Shown: positions 37,940 to 48,030 of the stretch, piece by piece | How the letters are laid out: each line of letters opens with the position of its first letter | Numbering within the stretch: position 1 is the stretch's first letter | From: Anaerolineae bacterium | Lineage (GTDB): Bacteria > Chloroflexota > Anaerolineae > UBA1429 | Assembly (NCBI GenBank): GCA_963675785.1 | Contig: OY776562.1 | Span: 864,001-928,000, forward strand | Reading direction: 5' to 3' | Length of the DNA: 64,000 bases | Made by a program: the position numbers and the translations under genes | The notes under the pieces: generated by a model | Told to the model about the DNA's origin: nothing | Databases searched by the model: none | What the model saw: only the letters and a program-made list of their open reading frames with translations

Positions 37940-38701
37940 ATGGATACCACTTTGGAAGTACGGCATCTATCCGTCAAGGTTGGGAATGACCTACTTCTCA
38001 ATGATGTGAATATGTTGATCCCTTCGGGCGAAGTACATGCCCTTTTGGGGCCGAATGGCAGCGGCAAAACAACGTTGCTGATGACCATTATGGGCTACCC
38101 TTCCTACAATGTTGTCGAGGGGCAGATATTATTCGGTGGACAGGATATTACTCACCTGGATTCCACAGAGCGGGCTCGGCTGGGCATTCGCATCAGCCAA
38201 CAGCGACCGCCTACAATTGCGGGCGTCAAGCAACGCCAACTACTCGACTATATGGTCGGCGGCGACGCCATGGCCAAGCCTGAAGTGGCCAGGCTGGTCG
38301 AGATGACCGGCATGACCTCTTTTCTCGATCGTGACCTGAACGCCGGCCTTTCCGGCGGAGAGATCAAGCGATCCGAACTGTTGCACCTCCTCGTGGCAGA
38401 TCCGAGTTTTGTCATGCTGGACGAGCCCGAATCGGGCGTGGATGTGGGTTCAATGAAGATTGTGGGGCAGCTCATCAATAAGCTGTTCACGCGCGATACG
38501 GAGCATCCAGCTTTGCGGCGCACCGGCCTGGTTATCACCCACACCGGCCAAATACTGGACTATATTGAGGCGGACAAGGGGCACGTGATGTTGGGCACCA
38601 CCATTGCCTGCTCTGGCAACCCGCGCATCATTCTCGCCGAAGCCGGAGAATCTGGCTATGAGGCCTGTGTGCGCTGTCTCGCCGAAGGAGCCTGTCGATG
38701 A
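37940..38701 (+). CDS. sufC: SufC/SmsC-like ABC ATPase
   Basis: GPNGSGKT, LSGGEIKRSE, LDEPESGVD, ITHTG; C-terminal GYEACVRC. Confidence 0.88.
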   Translation: MDTTLEVRHLSVKVGNDLLLNDVNMLIPSGEVHALLGPNGSGKTTLLMTIMGYPSYNVVEGQILFGGQDITHLDSTERARLGIRISQQRPPTIAGVKQRQLLDYMVGGDAMAKPEVARLVEMTGMTSFLDRDLNAGLSGGEIKRSELLHLLVADPSFVMLDEPESGVDVGSMKIVGQLINKLFTRDTEHPALRRTGLVITHTGQILDYIEADKGHVMLGTTIACSGNPRIILAEAGESGYEACVRCLAEGACR

Positions 38702-39843
38702 GCACAACATACAAAGCTGAAACCAACGTTACGGGCTCACCGGTACAAGTAACGCCTGAAGAGGCCCGGGAATTGGAACAGGTCGGCGTGGTTGTGGATT
38801 CCCAAGAGCGGTCGGGAACCTACATTCTTAACGATGACCACAGCCAGTGTTCGCCCATTGTGGTAGGCGGCCTGGAGCTGTTGCCCATTGCCTATGCTCT
38901 CAAAAAGTATGATTGGCTATCCGAGTACTTTTGGCAGCTCGTTTCACCCGACAAGGATGAGATCACCCGTGAAATTGCCGCCCAACCAGAGCCGCAGGGA
39001 TTCTTCTTACGCGTGCGCAAAGGCTCCAAGATTACTATGCCTTTTCAGGCGGCCCTGCACATGACCAGTCCGGATTCGACCCAGGCAGTACACAACCTGG
39101 TCATTGTTGAAGAGGACGGCGAACTCAACTTTATTACTGGTTGCGTCAGTGGGCATCATGTGCACCGCGGATTGCATTTGGCTGTAACTGAAACTTTTGT
39201 GGGGCGTAGTGCTACGGTCACAAACTCGATGGTCCATAATTGGGGACCGGGGATCAAGGTGCGTCCGCGCGCGGCGACACTGGTTGAAGAAAACGGCACG
39301 TTTGTGAGCAACTATGTCTCTTTGGAGCCGGCCGGCGATATCCAAATGGATCCGTTGACCATTCTCAAGGGGGATAACGCGACGGCACGCTTTTATACGG
39401 TGATTCTCGGTTCAGCCGACTCTCTCATTGATACGGGCGGCACCATATTGTTACAAGGCAAGAACACCAGCGCAGAGGTGGTGCAGCGCGCCGTATCTGT
39501 TGGGGGGCATATGATTCAGCGCGGTCTCATTGTGGGTGAAAACGCCAGCAAGGGCCATGTCGATTGTTCGGGTATGCTTATGGGTAAGGCAGGGGCAGGG
39601 TCGATCAAGGCAGTGCCTGGCATAGAATCGAAACACGCAGATGCGCAGCTCAGTCATGAGGCCAGCATCGGCAAGATTGCGCAGGAGCAGATATCTTATT
39701 TACAGGCACATGGTATGGACGAGGCCGAAGCAGTATCGATGATCCTTCGAGGTTTTTTGACACAGGGTGTTGTTGGCCTGGGAGAGGATTTGGACGCTCG
39801 GATACGAGATATTACTGACCTGGCTCTTCAGGCCGAAGGCTAA
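38698..39843 (+). CDS. SufB/SufD-family (SmsB-like) Fe-S scaffold
   Basis: GHVDCSG, LSHEASIGKIAQEQISYL..G.DEAEAVSMILRGF. Confidence 0.88.
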   Translation: MSTTYKAETNVTGSPVQVTPEEARELEQVGVVVDSQERSGTYILNDDHSQCSPIVVGGLELLPIAYALKKYDWLSEYFWQLVSPDKDEITREIAAQPEPQGFFLRVRKGSKITMPFQAALHMTSPDSTQAVHNLVIVEEDGELNFITGCVSGHHVHRGLHLAVTETFVGRSATVTNSMVHNWGPGIKVRPRAATLVEENGTFVSNYVSLEPAGDIQMDPLTILKGDNATARFYTVILGSADSLIDTGGTILLQGKNTSAEVVQRAVSVGGHMIQRGLIVGENASKGHVDCSGMLMGKAGAGSIKAVPGIESKHADAQLSHEASIGKIAQEQISYLQAHGMDEAEAVSMILRGFLTQGVVGLGEDLDARIRDITDLALQAEG

Positions 39844-39855
39844 TTTGCAGATTTT

Positions 39856-39890
39856 CGAGGCGCATCCGCTGGATGCGCCTCGTTATATTT
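39856..39890 (+). terminator. Intrinsic terminator
   Basis: cgaggcgcatcc-gct-ggatgcgcctcg-ttatattt. Confidence 0.8.
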
Positions 39891-39954
39891 TACAGCTTGG
39901 TAAAGACAGGTGACGGGGTTATACTCTGCCTGTTCTGATTAAAGGAGGAATCGA

Positions 39955-41298
39955 GTGGGCGCTAGCATTCAAGACGGGGACCTAAAACGGTTTAGTGACG
40001 CATTCGAGTCGACCCCTGCAGGCCGGCTGGCAATGAACGCGGTAACACAGAACGGCGTTTCGGCAGTAGCAATCAATCGCAAGGTTGTTGTTTCAACGGA
40101 CCATACCTATTCGGTTCTGGTAGAAACTCCGGAAGCAACCAATCAAATGCGTTCGGGGCGCTGTTGGCTTTTCTCGGGCCTGAACACGTTGCGGCTCGAA
40201 GCCATGAAGAAGATGAAATTGGATAGTTTCGAGCTCTCTCAGGCCTATCTGATGTTCTGGGACAAGCTGGAAAAGGCCAATTTCTTTTTCGAAAACATCA
40301 TCGAGACGCGCGACGAGCCTTTGAACGGCCGATTGGTGATGTGGCTGCTAATGGCTCCTTTGGGCGACGGCGGCCAGTGGGATATGTTCGTTAACCTGGT
40401 GGAAAAGTATGGCGTGGTGCCCAAGAGCGTCATGCCAGAAAGTTTTGCCAGCAGCGAGACCCGCATGATGAACGCGCTGCTGACGGCTCGCCTACGCGAG
40501 GATGCAGCGATTTTGCGCGATATGAACGAATCCGGCGCTTCTGTTGATGCGCTGCGAGAGAAAAAAGATGAGATGCTCAGCCGGTTTTACCGTATGCTGG
40601 TGACGCACGTAGGCGAGCCGCCCCGCGAATTTGCCTGGGAGTGGCGCGATAAGGACAAGAAATTCCATCGCCACGAGGGCCTCATTACGCCGCGCGAATT
40701 CTTGGACAAGTATGTGGACGTCGATATGTCCAAAAAGGCTTGTGTGATCAATGCGCCCACGGCCGACAAGCCCTATAATCATATGTTCACCGTACAGTAT
40801 CTGGGCAACGTGGTGGGGGGGTACCCCGTGCGTTATTTGAACGTCGAGATCGAGACGCTCAAGCAGGCCGCTGTGGATCAACTGGTTGCCGGAAAAGTTG
40901 TCTGGTTTGGTTGTGATGTGGGCAAGATGCTGGAGCGCAAATTGGGCATCATGGACCTCGACCTTTACGATTACGAACTGGTATACGGTACCCCCTTTGA
41001 ACAGGACAAGGCGGGAAGGCTGGATTACGGCCAGAGCGTGATGACTCATGCCATGGTGTTAACGGGTGTCGATTTGGATGCCGATGGCAAGCCAACCAAG
41101 TGGCGTGTCGAGAATAGCTGGGGCACCGAGATTGGAGACAAGGGCTACATGGTCATGTCTGATGCCTGGTTTGACGAGTATCTTTACGAGATCACGGTGG
41201 ATAAGAAATATCTGCCTGCCAAGTTGCTGCCCGTGCTAGAGACCGAACCCATCGTGCTGCCGCCGTGGGATCCCATGGGCTCACTCGCCCGTTCGTGA
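39955..41298 (+). CDS. pepC: Aminopeptidase C / bleomycin hydrolase (C1B)
   Basis: NQMRSGRCW, DGGQWD, MTHAMVLTG, WRVENSWG, PPWDPMGSLA. Confidence 0.95.
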   Translation: MGASIQDGDLKRFSDAFESTPAGRLAMNAVTQNGVSAVAINRKVVVSTDHTYSVLVETPEATNQMRSGRCWLFSGLNTLRLEAMKKMKLDSFELSQAYLMFWDKLEKANFFFENIIETRDEPLNGRLVMWLLMAPLGDGGQWDMFVNLVEKYGVVPKSVMPESFASSETRMMNALLTARLREDAAILRDMNESGASVDALREKKDEMLSRFYRMLVTHVGEPPREFAWEWRDKDKKFHRHEGLITPREFLDKYVDVDMSKKACVINAPTADKPYNHMFTVQYLGNVVGGYPVRYLNVEIETLKQAAVDQLVAGKVVWFGCDVGKMLERKLGIMDLDLYDYELVYGTPFEQDKAGRLDYGQSVMTHAMVLTGVDLDADGKPTKWRVENSWGTEIGDKGYMVMSDAWFDEYLYEITVDKKYLPAKLLPVLETEPIVLPPWDPMGSLARS

Positions 41299-41303
41299 AG
41301 CGA

Positions 41304-42437
41304 ATGAAAGAAATGCCGTGGACCAAGATGCGCAACTATAGATGGCTGATGTCGTGTATGCTGGTGGCCGTCACTTTGTTGGTGATAGCTCCAGCTGTAC
41401 ATGCTGATAGCGAAACTGCCTTCAAGGCCGTCGTTGAGCAGATTCTGGACGAGCGCGAGAGCAACTCAAGCGGTGTGCCGCAGGTCTATCAGCAGTTGCG
41501 TATCCGGGCGCTTTCTGGCGAGCTCAAGGGCACAGCCCTGACTGTAGAGCAGACCTATTATCAAAATGGCCCGCAGAGTGCATATGAAGTTGGTGACCGC
41601 ATATGGGTAACGGTGCAAGAGGGGATAAGCGGGCAACCGGTCTATCTCATCTCGGGTCCAGAGCGGTCATCGACGCTGTATCTGGTTGCTCTGGTGTTTG
41701 TGGCCCTGGTAGTTTTTGTGGCTCAAGGACGCGGCATTCAATCTCTTTTGGGGCTGGCGATTTCTTTTGCGGTAGTGCTTCTCTATGTGATGCCCAAACT
41801 GAGCGAGGGAGCTAGCCCGATTGGCACAGCGCTAGTGGGTGGGCTCTTGTCTATGCCCATTAACTATTACCTCTCTCACGGGTTCAACCGCAAAACAACG
41901 ATTGCCCTGATGGGGTCGCTATTGGGCTTGGGGCTTACGGCCGTTCTGGCAGAAAACCTCATCTCTGCGACACACTTGACGGGGTTGGCCAGCGATGAAG
42001 CGGGCTTTTTGCTCACCTCCAGTCCGGGCTCATATGACCTGGTGGGCATTCTACTGGCCGGTGTGCTTGTGAGCATGATCGGCGTGTTGGATGACGTGAC
42101 TGTGGCACAATCGGCTGTGGTGGAACAGTTGGCCTCTACTGCTTCCAACGAAACGTGGCGTTCGCTTTACTGGCGGGCCATGTCGGTGGGTAAAGATCAC
42201 ATCACCTCTATGGTGAACACGCTGATGCTGGTGTATGCTGGCGCTTCGCTACCACTGTTGCTGTTGATCAGCGATCAGGCACTGCCGTTGGGTTATGTGC
42301 TCAGCCAAGAGATCGTCGCCGAAGAGGTGATGCGTATGTTGGTGAGCAGTATTGGCGTGATTGCTGTGGTGCCGGTTACGACGGTGATTGCTGCGCTGTT
42401 CTTTGGGCGACAAAACGAACGCCTCGAAGAGGAATAA
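41304..42437 (+). CDS. YibE/F family membrane protein
   Basis: IGVLDDVTVAQ, VGKDHITSMVNTLMLVYAG. Confidence 0.88.
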   Translation: MKEMPWTKMRNYRWLMSCMLVAVTLLVIAPAVHADSETAFKAVVEQILDERESNSSGVPQVYQQLRIRALSGELKGTALTVEQTYYQNGPQSAYEVGDRIWVTVQEGISGQPVYLISGPERSSTLYLVALVFVALVVFVAQGRGIQSLLGLAISFAVVLLYVMPKLSEGASPIGTALVGGLLSMPINYYLSHGFNRKTTIALMGSLLGLGLTAVLAENLISATHLTGLASDEAGFLLTSSPGSYDLVGILLAGVLVSMIGVLDDVTVAQSAVVEQLASTASNETWRSLYWRAMSVGKDHITSMVNTLMLVYAGASLPLLLLISDQALPLGYVLSQEIVAEEVMRMLVSSIGVIAVVPVTTVIAALFFGRQNERLEEE

Positions 42438-42447
42438 AGAGGATTAC

Positions 42448-42479
42448 AAAGGGCCAGCCTGCGGGCTGGCCCTTTTTTT
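42448..42479. terminator. Terminator between convergent genes
   Basis: aaagggccagcc-tgcg-ggctggcccttttttt. Confidence 0.88.
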
Positions 42480-42487
42480 GATGATAT

Positions 42488-45406
42488 CTACAGCACAGGC
42501 ACGATTTCTATGCCCAGACCGAGCTCTTGATCCGCCTTTTCGATGGCCTCTCGCGGGCCGACGATGACGGTGTGGGCGTTCTGAATAGCTTGTTTGAGCG
42601 CGCGGCCCATGGCCTGAAAATCGCTCTTGCTAGTGGCCAAAACCTGGTTGCGGCGGGCCTGTCGTGCCTCTAGCGTATCCCCACTCAGATGGCGGATAAG
42701 CGACGTATAGCCGCGCGCATCGGGCAGCATGTAGTGATCAATGCCGCCGATGGCCCCGATGATGTTTTTCACTAATTCTTGCTCATCTATCTCGGTATTG
42801 ATCAAATAGTCAGCTGTTCGGTCATATACATCCAGGGTGCGCACAATATTGGGATCACGGTAGGAAAGCTGTGTCACAGCCCCGGAATATCTATCAAAGA
42901 GGAAAAACGCGCCGTATGCGCCGCCCTGAACGCGGACTTGATCCCATAGCCAGGTGCTTCGCAAATAGTTCGAGATGACCGCCGAAGCGCCACTGTAGGT
43001 ATAGCCGGAATCATAGATGTTGACTGCGCGCCCCACATAGTTGACTGTACTGGGAACGGTGAGTCCTTCATTCGTGGAATCTATGCTGGAGACCCAATCA
43101 AGCAGAGGAGCATCTACCAAGGGCATCTGATCAATGGTCTTTTCGACCAGGGGACGAATGATCTGCCAGTTGTCCGAATCCAGCGTCACGTTGCAAAACA
43201 TGCGGTTGCCATTGATGACGAGCCGTCGGATGGTCTCCAGCCGTTCGAGTACGGTGGGCCAGGCATCTACCACTTCTTGAGCCAACTTGCGAATCACAAA
43301 CAAGTTGCTGAGCCCTGAGGTCTGTTCAGCGATCCAGCCAGCCTGGTTATAATTGGCTCGCAGGCGTGTGTTAACCAGAGCATGCCCTGCAGGGATGGCA
43401 CCGGCTTCCTGATCGGCCTTTTCTTCCATTACCATCTGGCGAAAGCGCTCGCGATTGTCGAGTTTCACCCTGGTAAGCACATCGCGCATGATGTCCAGCA
43501 TGTCTGCAGTTTGCTCAACCGTGGCCTTGCCGCGCAGTACGAACCATGTTTCACAGGTATCACGGCCTTCTACCGGCGTTACCAACATACTCTCATCAAT
43601 GCCACCGGTTTTGCGGCCAATGCGCTGGGTCAGCTCGACATAATCTTCATCTTCTGTACCCATTTCCAACAAGGCCTGACCAAAGAGCGGCACATAGGGC
43701 AGCAGTTCCTGGGGGAGCGCCCGCAAGTCAAAGCCTAAATCCAGGTAGACGATGCCGTTGGTGAACAAGTCGTGATGGAGAACCCTGGCCTGTCTGTGGG
43801 TGTAAACCTCGATAGGGATATCGTCCGTCTCTTTTTTCAGATCATCAATGGAGAGAGAGGGGATGGTGGCCAGATTTTCGGGCGCATCGGGCGCCTGCTG
43901 CCTCTTTTCGAGTATGGCCGTCTCTTGGATAATACGCTGCAATTCTTGAGGCGATAGAGAGGCTTTGACATCAGCCAGTTCTTGCTGATAGCGTGCTTCG
44001 GTTTTTGCTGCCAGTTCGGTATCTGGGCGCATGATGAGCGAGACCCGATGCGGGTTGTCGAGCATGTAGCGCTGAATACGTTTTTCAAAAAAACGCCCGT
44101 CGGCGGCGATGGCCTGTTTGAGGGCGCCGAGCGGTGCCTCAAAGGCGATAGTCGCTAAAGGGTTCTCGTTATAGAGCCAACTGCGCAATGAGCGCAGCAG
44201 CAGGGCCAGGCCACGCGGAAAACGCCCGGTATTGTTCTCGCGATAGGTGAATTCGGCTGTATTGACGGCAGCTTCGAGCATACCCGGGGCAATGCCCTGG
44301 GTCACAATGTCCTGGATGGACTGGATGACCAATTCTTGAATGGCGTCAAGATTTTCGATCTGTACGCCCTTTAATCCTGTGGAGAAATACATCTGCCGCA
44401 GATCGGTCTCAAGCCCAACGCCAGCCAAGTCTTCGCCCAGGTCGGAATCGATAAGCGCTTTGCGCAGCGGAGAGGCCGGGGTGCCCAAGAGGATGTAACC
44501 GAGGATGACCAGCGCGATGCGCTCCATGGGCTCTGTCACCTCGGGCAGGAGCCAGCTGACAATGGCCATACCCTTTTCGGCATCGGCGCTGCCCGGCGTA
44601 ACCGGATAGACGGTCTCTTCATAGGTGGGTTCAGTGAACAGGGGCTGTAGCGGTATCGCCGAATCGACATCGAGCTTGTCAAAGCCCTCGAGATAGGCGT
44701 CTACCTTGATCAGGCGCTGCTCTGGGTCATCGTCGCCATAAAAATAGATAAAGCTGTTTGAGGGATGGTAAAAGCGCCAGTGAAAGTCGATGAACTGCTC
44801 ATAACTGAGTTCGGGAATATGATCTGGGTGTCCACCTGATTCGACGCCATAGGGCGTATCTGGGAATAGGAGATGCTGGCATTCACGCGTCAGGATGGTA
44901 TCTGGCGAGGAGAAGGCACCCTTCATCTCGTTATAGACCACGCCCTTGATGGAGAGCGGATCAGCGGCGTCCTTGAGCTCATAGTGCCAACCTTCCTGCT
45001 GCCATGTTTCTTTGGAGATCAGCGGATGCAGGACGGCGTCCATATAGACGTCGATGAGATTGTAGAAATCCTGTGTGTTGGTGCTAGCAACGGGGTAGCA
45101 GGTCTTGTCAGGATAGGTAAAGGCGTTCAAGAAAGTGTTCAGCGACCCCTTGGCCAGTTCGATAAAGGGTTCTTTGACCGGATATTTGCTTGAACCGCAT
45201 AGCACAGAATGTTCCATGATATGGGCGACGCCGGTCGAATCTTGCGGAGGGGTGCGGAAGGTGATGGTGAACACCTTGTTCTCGTCAGCGTTTTCCAGCG
45301 ACAAGAGTTCAGCTCCGGTCCTGATGTGGCGCCAAAGCCGGGCACGAGTTTTCAACTCTTCGATCTGCTCGTCTCGTACGAGTTCGAATCCGTGTAACGT
45401 GGTCAT
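42488..45406 (-). CDS. M16C metallopeptidase (presequence protease/insulinase family)
   Basis: HIMEH inverted Zn motif, FLNAFTYPDKTCYP, GVVYNEMKG, RVQGGAYG, SYRDP. Confidence 0.95.
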   Translation of the reverse strand: MTTLHGFELVRDEQIEELKTRARLWRHIRTGAELLSLENADENKVFTITFRTPPQDSTGVAHIMEHSVLCGSSKYPVKEPFIELAKGSLNTFLNAFTYPDKTCYPVASTNTQDFYNLIDVYMDAVLHPLISKETWQQEGWHYELKDAADPLSIKGVVYNEMKGAFSSPDTILTRECQHLLFPDTPYGVESGGHPDHIPELSYEQFIDFHWRFYHPSNSFIYFYGDDDPEQRLIKVDAYLEGFDKLDVDSAIPLQPLFTEPTYEETVYPVTPGSADAEKGMAIVSWLLPEVTEPMERIALVILGYILLGTPASPLRKALIDSDLGEDLAGVGLETDLRQMYFSTGLKGVQIENLDAIQELVIQSIQDIVTQGIAPGMLEAAVNTAEFTYRENNTGRFPRGLALLLRSLRSWLYNENPLATIAFEAPLGALKQAIAADGRFFEKRIQRYMLDNPHRVSLIMRPDTELAAKTEARYQQELADVKASLSPQELQRIIQETAILEKRQQAPDAPENLATIPSLSIDDLKKETDDIPIEVYTHRQARVLHHDLFTNGIVYLDLGFDLRALPQELLPYVPLFGQALLEMGTEDEDYVELTQRIGRKTGGIDESMLVTPVEGRDTCETWFVLRGKATVEQTADMLDIMRDVLTRVKLDNRERFRQMVMEEKADQEAGAIPAGHALVNTRLRANYNQAGWIAEQTSGLSNLFVIRKLAQEVVDAWPTVLERLETIRRLVINGNRMFCNVTLDSDNWQIIRPLVEKTIDQMPLVDAPLLDWVSSIDSTNEGLTVPSTVNYVGRAVNIYDSGYTYSGASAVISNYLRSTWLWDQVRVQGGAYGAFFLFDRYSGAVTQLSYRDPNIVRTLDVYDRTADYLINTEIDEQELVKNIIGAIGGIDHYMLPDARGYTSLIRHLSGDTLEARQARRNQVLATSKSDFQAMGRALKQAIQNAHTVIVGPREAIEKADQELGLGIEIVPVL

Positions 45407-45424
45407 TTGATCTCCGTTCATGGG

Positions 45425-47290
45425 TTAGCGCACAATGACTCGGTAGCCGGTGCGGAAATAGAAATGAGGAGCTAGCGGCGCCTGCAGCAGGCAGCGCACA
45501 AAGCCCTCTTTATCGTAGGTGGGCGTCAGGCTCATGGAAATGGGTTCGCCCATATCGATGGTTAGAACGGCCTTGCCACGCCGCTCGATGGTGAGATAGC
45601 GGGTAACAATGCCGAGCAACCGCTCGCTCATGCTTTCTGCACGGCAGCGTCCGTAATCCATCACCAGTTCGTCGGTGGCACGCAGCAGCAAGGGGATGCA
45701 TTCCAATAACATGCGTCCGTCAGACGAAGCCTGGCCCTGAATCTGTACGTCGATGCCATCTGGCCGTACGATATAGGCTTTGCCAACCCCCAATTCGCTA
45801 TAATGCAGCCACATCTCGATGCCGCCGCGGCCTTCTCTGGTTTCGGCGTTGGCCAAAGCCTTGCCCGTACCCAGCTCACTGTTCATCAAGCGCGTTTCCC
45901 AGGCCGGGCCCTCGCCGTTGTGGGCCAAGATGATTGTGCCAGCGTCGGGGGTCCACAAATGAGCCGGACCGTACTGAGCTGCGGTGCGCTTTTGGCCAAA
46001 GGCAAAGGCTGTGGTGTAACGGGCACCGTTGTAAAAGACGTATTGATTGCCGCGATCATCGTCGAATAGCTCTGCCTGTCCGTTGGGATTGTTGCAGGGC
46101 AGTGAGGCTCGAGCTCGAGCCAATTCGTCGGTGGTTGGAGCATAGATCGGACAAGCCGATTCAGTGGATACGGGCGGATAGCCCAGCGAGCGGGTATCTT
46201 CCAGCACCTGAGCAAGGGCCTGCTGTGGGTTGGCCGCGATGGCGTTCTGGTATGATTCGATCTTTTCTTGGCTGAGGAGCATGAGCCGCAGCGGATCGGC
46301 CAGGTGCCCCGCTGCCTCGACTAGAGAGGATGCGCCTTTTTGAGCCGCCTGTTGTGAGCCCAGAAAAGAACGCGCATGGCCTACGCCAAGGCGTCCAGGA
46401 TCGACCAGATAGGCGCCCTTGCTGGCGGTACGCGTCTGGTGGGAGGCCGAAAGGAGAATGTGGTCGCTGTCGGGCTCGGTCAGCATCCAGCGGCTCATCC
46501 ATTCACAGTGTCGGGTAAAGGCTTCGAGCACGCGCTTGTCGGGCCACTCTTCATAGAGCGGCGCCAGCCGCTTGAGCGAGACAAAGAAATAGGAAAAGGT
46601 CTCGGGGCCATCGGCCTCGTATAAAAAGCCCATGGGCGAGATGAAATCCTGCACCAGGGCATCACCTGCCGCTGTCACCATGTCCATCAGCTCGTCATCA
46701 TCGGTCAAGCGTGCCAAGCGAGCACCACCGGCCATGGCCCCCAGAAACTGGTTGGTGTACGAACGGGCGTGTTCCCAGGATTCATCCGAGGTGAGCACAT
46801 AGACCGCTGCTTTGCGAGCATATTCACAGAGCCGACTCTTGAGTGGTTCTGGCAGCACAGGGCCCGCTGCCTCCAGCGCGGCGCTCATATACTCCATGCC
46901 AAAACTGCTGGGAGCCAGCATGGGTGTATCGAGTTCGGCCGGGGCGTATTCGGGGATGGCGCCGTTTTCAGCCATACGGGCAAAGGTGTATTCCAGCGTC
47001 AGTTCGAGGCGCTTGAGCACCTCCGCATTGCGATAGTAGGGATTCCAGGGGGCGTTGTACCCGTAAAAAAAGGCCAGCGAGAAATAGTTTTCCATGACGC
47101 GGCAGTTAAAGGGGGCATACGAATAATGCCGCCACAATGCTTCTTTGAACCAACCCTGCAGGGGGCCGGGCTCTACCTCAACTGCGTTGGCCATTCTGGC
47201 AAAGTTGGCCAGGTGAAACAAGAGATCATATTCCTCGGGATTCCACTGGTTTATATCGATGTGCGAGACGGGAGTAATGGCAGCTGACAT
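45425..47290 (-). CDS. Hypothetical protein (621 aa)
   Basis: Long ORF with SD ggagg; helical N-terminal half and beta-rich C-terminal half; no family recognised. Confidence 0.75.
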   Translation of the reverse strand: MSAAITPVSHIDINQWNPEEYDLLFHLANFARMANAVEVEPGPLQGWFKEALWRHYSYAPFNCRVMENYFSLAFFYGYNAPWNPYYRNAEVLKRLELTLEYTFARMAENGAIPEYAPAELDTPMLAPSSFGMEYMSAALEAAGPVLPEPLKSRLCEYARKAAVYVLTSDESWEHARSYTNQFLGAMAGGARLARLTDDDELMDMVTAAGDALVQDFISPMGFLYEADGPETFSYFFVSLKRLAPLYEEWPDKRVLEAFTRHCEWMSRWMLTEPDSDHILLSASHQTRTASKGAYLVDPGRLGVGHARSFLGSQQAAQKGASSLVEAAGHLADPLRLMLLSQEKIESYQNAIAANPQQALAQVLEDTRSLGYPPVSTESACPIYAPTTDELARARASLPCNNPNGQAELFDDDRGNQYVFYNGARYTTAFAFGQKRTAAQYGPAHLWTPDAGTIILAHNGEGPAWETRLMNSELGTGKALANAETREGRGGIEMWLHYSELGVGKAYIVRPDGIDVQIQGQASSDGRMLLECIPLLLRATDELVMDYGRCRAESMSERLLGIVTRYLTIERRGKAVLTIDMGEPISMSLTPTYDKEGFVRCLLQAPLAPHFYFRTGYRVIVR

Positions 47291-47454
47291 GGTCTATCCT
47301 CCGCGAGTAGGGGCCGATAGGGCAATATATCATCGCATTATACTATTTCTTGCTTGGGATGCCATCTCTTTTGCATCTCGTGTGGGCAGGGGGTTGTCAG
47401 GCACTCGGCAATGAAGCATAATGGACACGTCGACATACAAGGCGGGCGGGCAAC

Positions 47455-48018
47455 ATGAGCGATTCCGGAATGTCGTTGGCTATGCGCGAACAAGCGCGCG
47501 AAGATTGGCTACGCCTAATCAGCGAGTTCAGGGGCGAGAGTGATCGGGCAGCAGCCCTGGTTGGTGCTGCGCTGCTGGATGACAATCTTGAACGACTGCT
47601 CAAGCTTTATTTGGTGGATGACGACTTTCAGGTGGAGCGCATGTTGGGATCGGGATTGCGCACTTTGGGCGCGCGCATTCGTGCCTGTTATTGCCTGGGG
47701 CTCATCAGCCGGGACGAACGCGCCGATATGGCCTGTATTCAAGCCATTCGCAATTACTTTGCGCACAATCTTCATGTCTCGTTTGAGGACGAAGGTGTAA
47801 ATGATAGTTGCCGCCGCTTGAAGATGATTACACCGCTACTGCATGGGCGAGAGGTGAGCAAGCGCGTTCGTTTTGAGCGAACGGTTTGTATGCTCTCGAT
47901 GTTGATTGTGCAGCGGCAAGAGATTGCGGCTCAATCGCGGCTGCAGGTTCGCCCAAACCTTGCGCCAGAGCTGCTCTCGATGCAGTGCCCATTGTGGGAT
48001 GATAATGATATTGTCTAG
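47455..48018 (+). CDS. MtlR-like (HEPN superfamily) protein
   Basis: ESDRAAALVGAALLD, ARIRACYCLGLIS, IRNYFAH (Rx4H). Confidence 0.75.
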   Translation: MSDSGMSLAMREQAREDWLRLISEFRGESDRAAALVGAALLDDNLERLLKLYLVDDDFQVERMLGSGLRTLGARIRACYCLGLISRDERADMACIQAIRNYFAHNLHVSFEDEGVNDSCRRLKMITPLLHGREVSKRVRFERTVCMLSMLIVQRQEIAAQSRLQVRPNLAPELLSMQCPLWDDNDIV

Positions 48019-48030
48019 CCGGAGGTTGAG

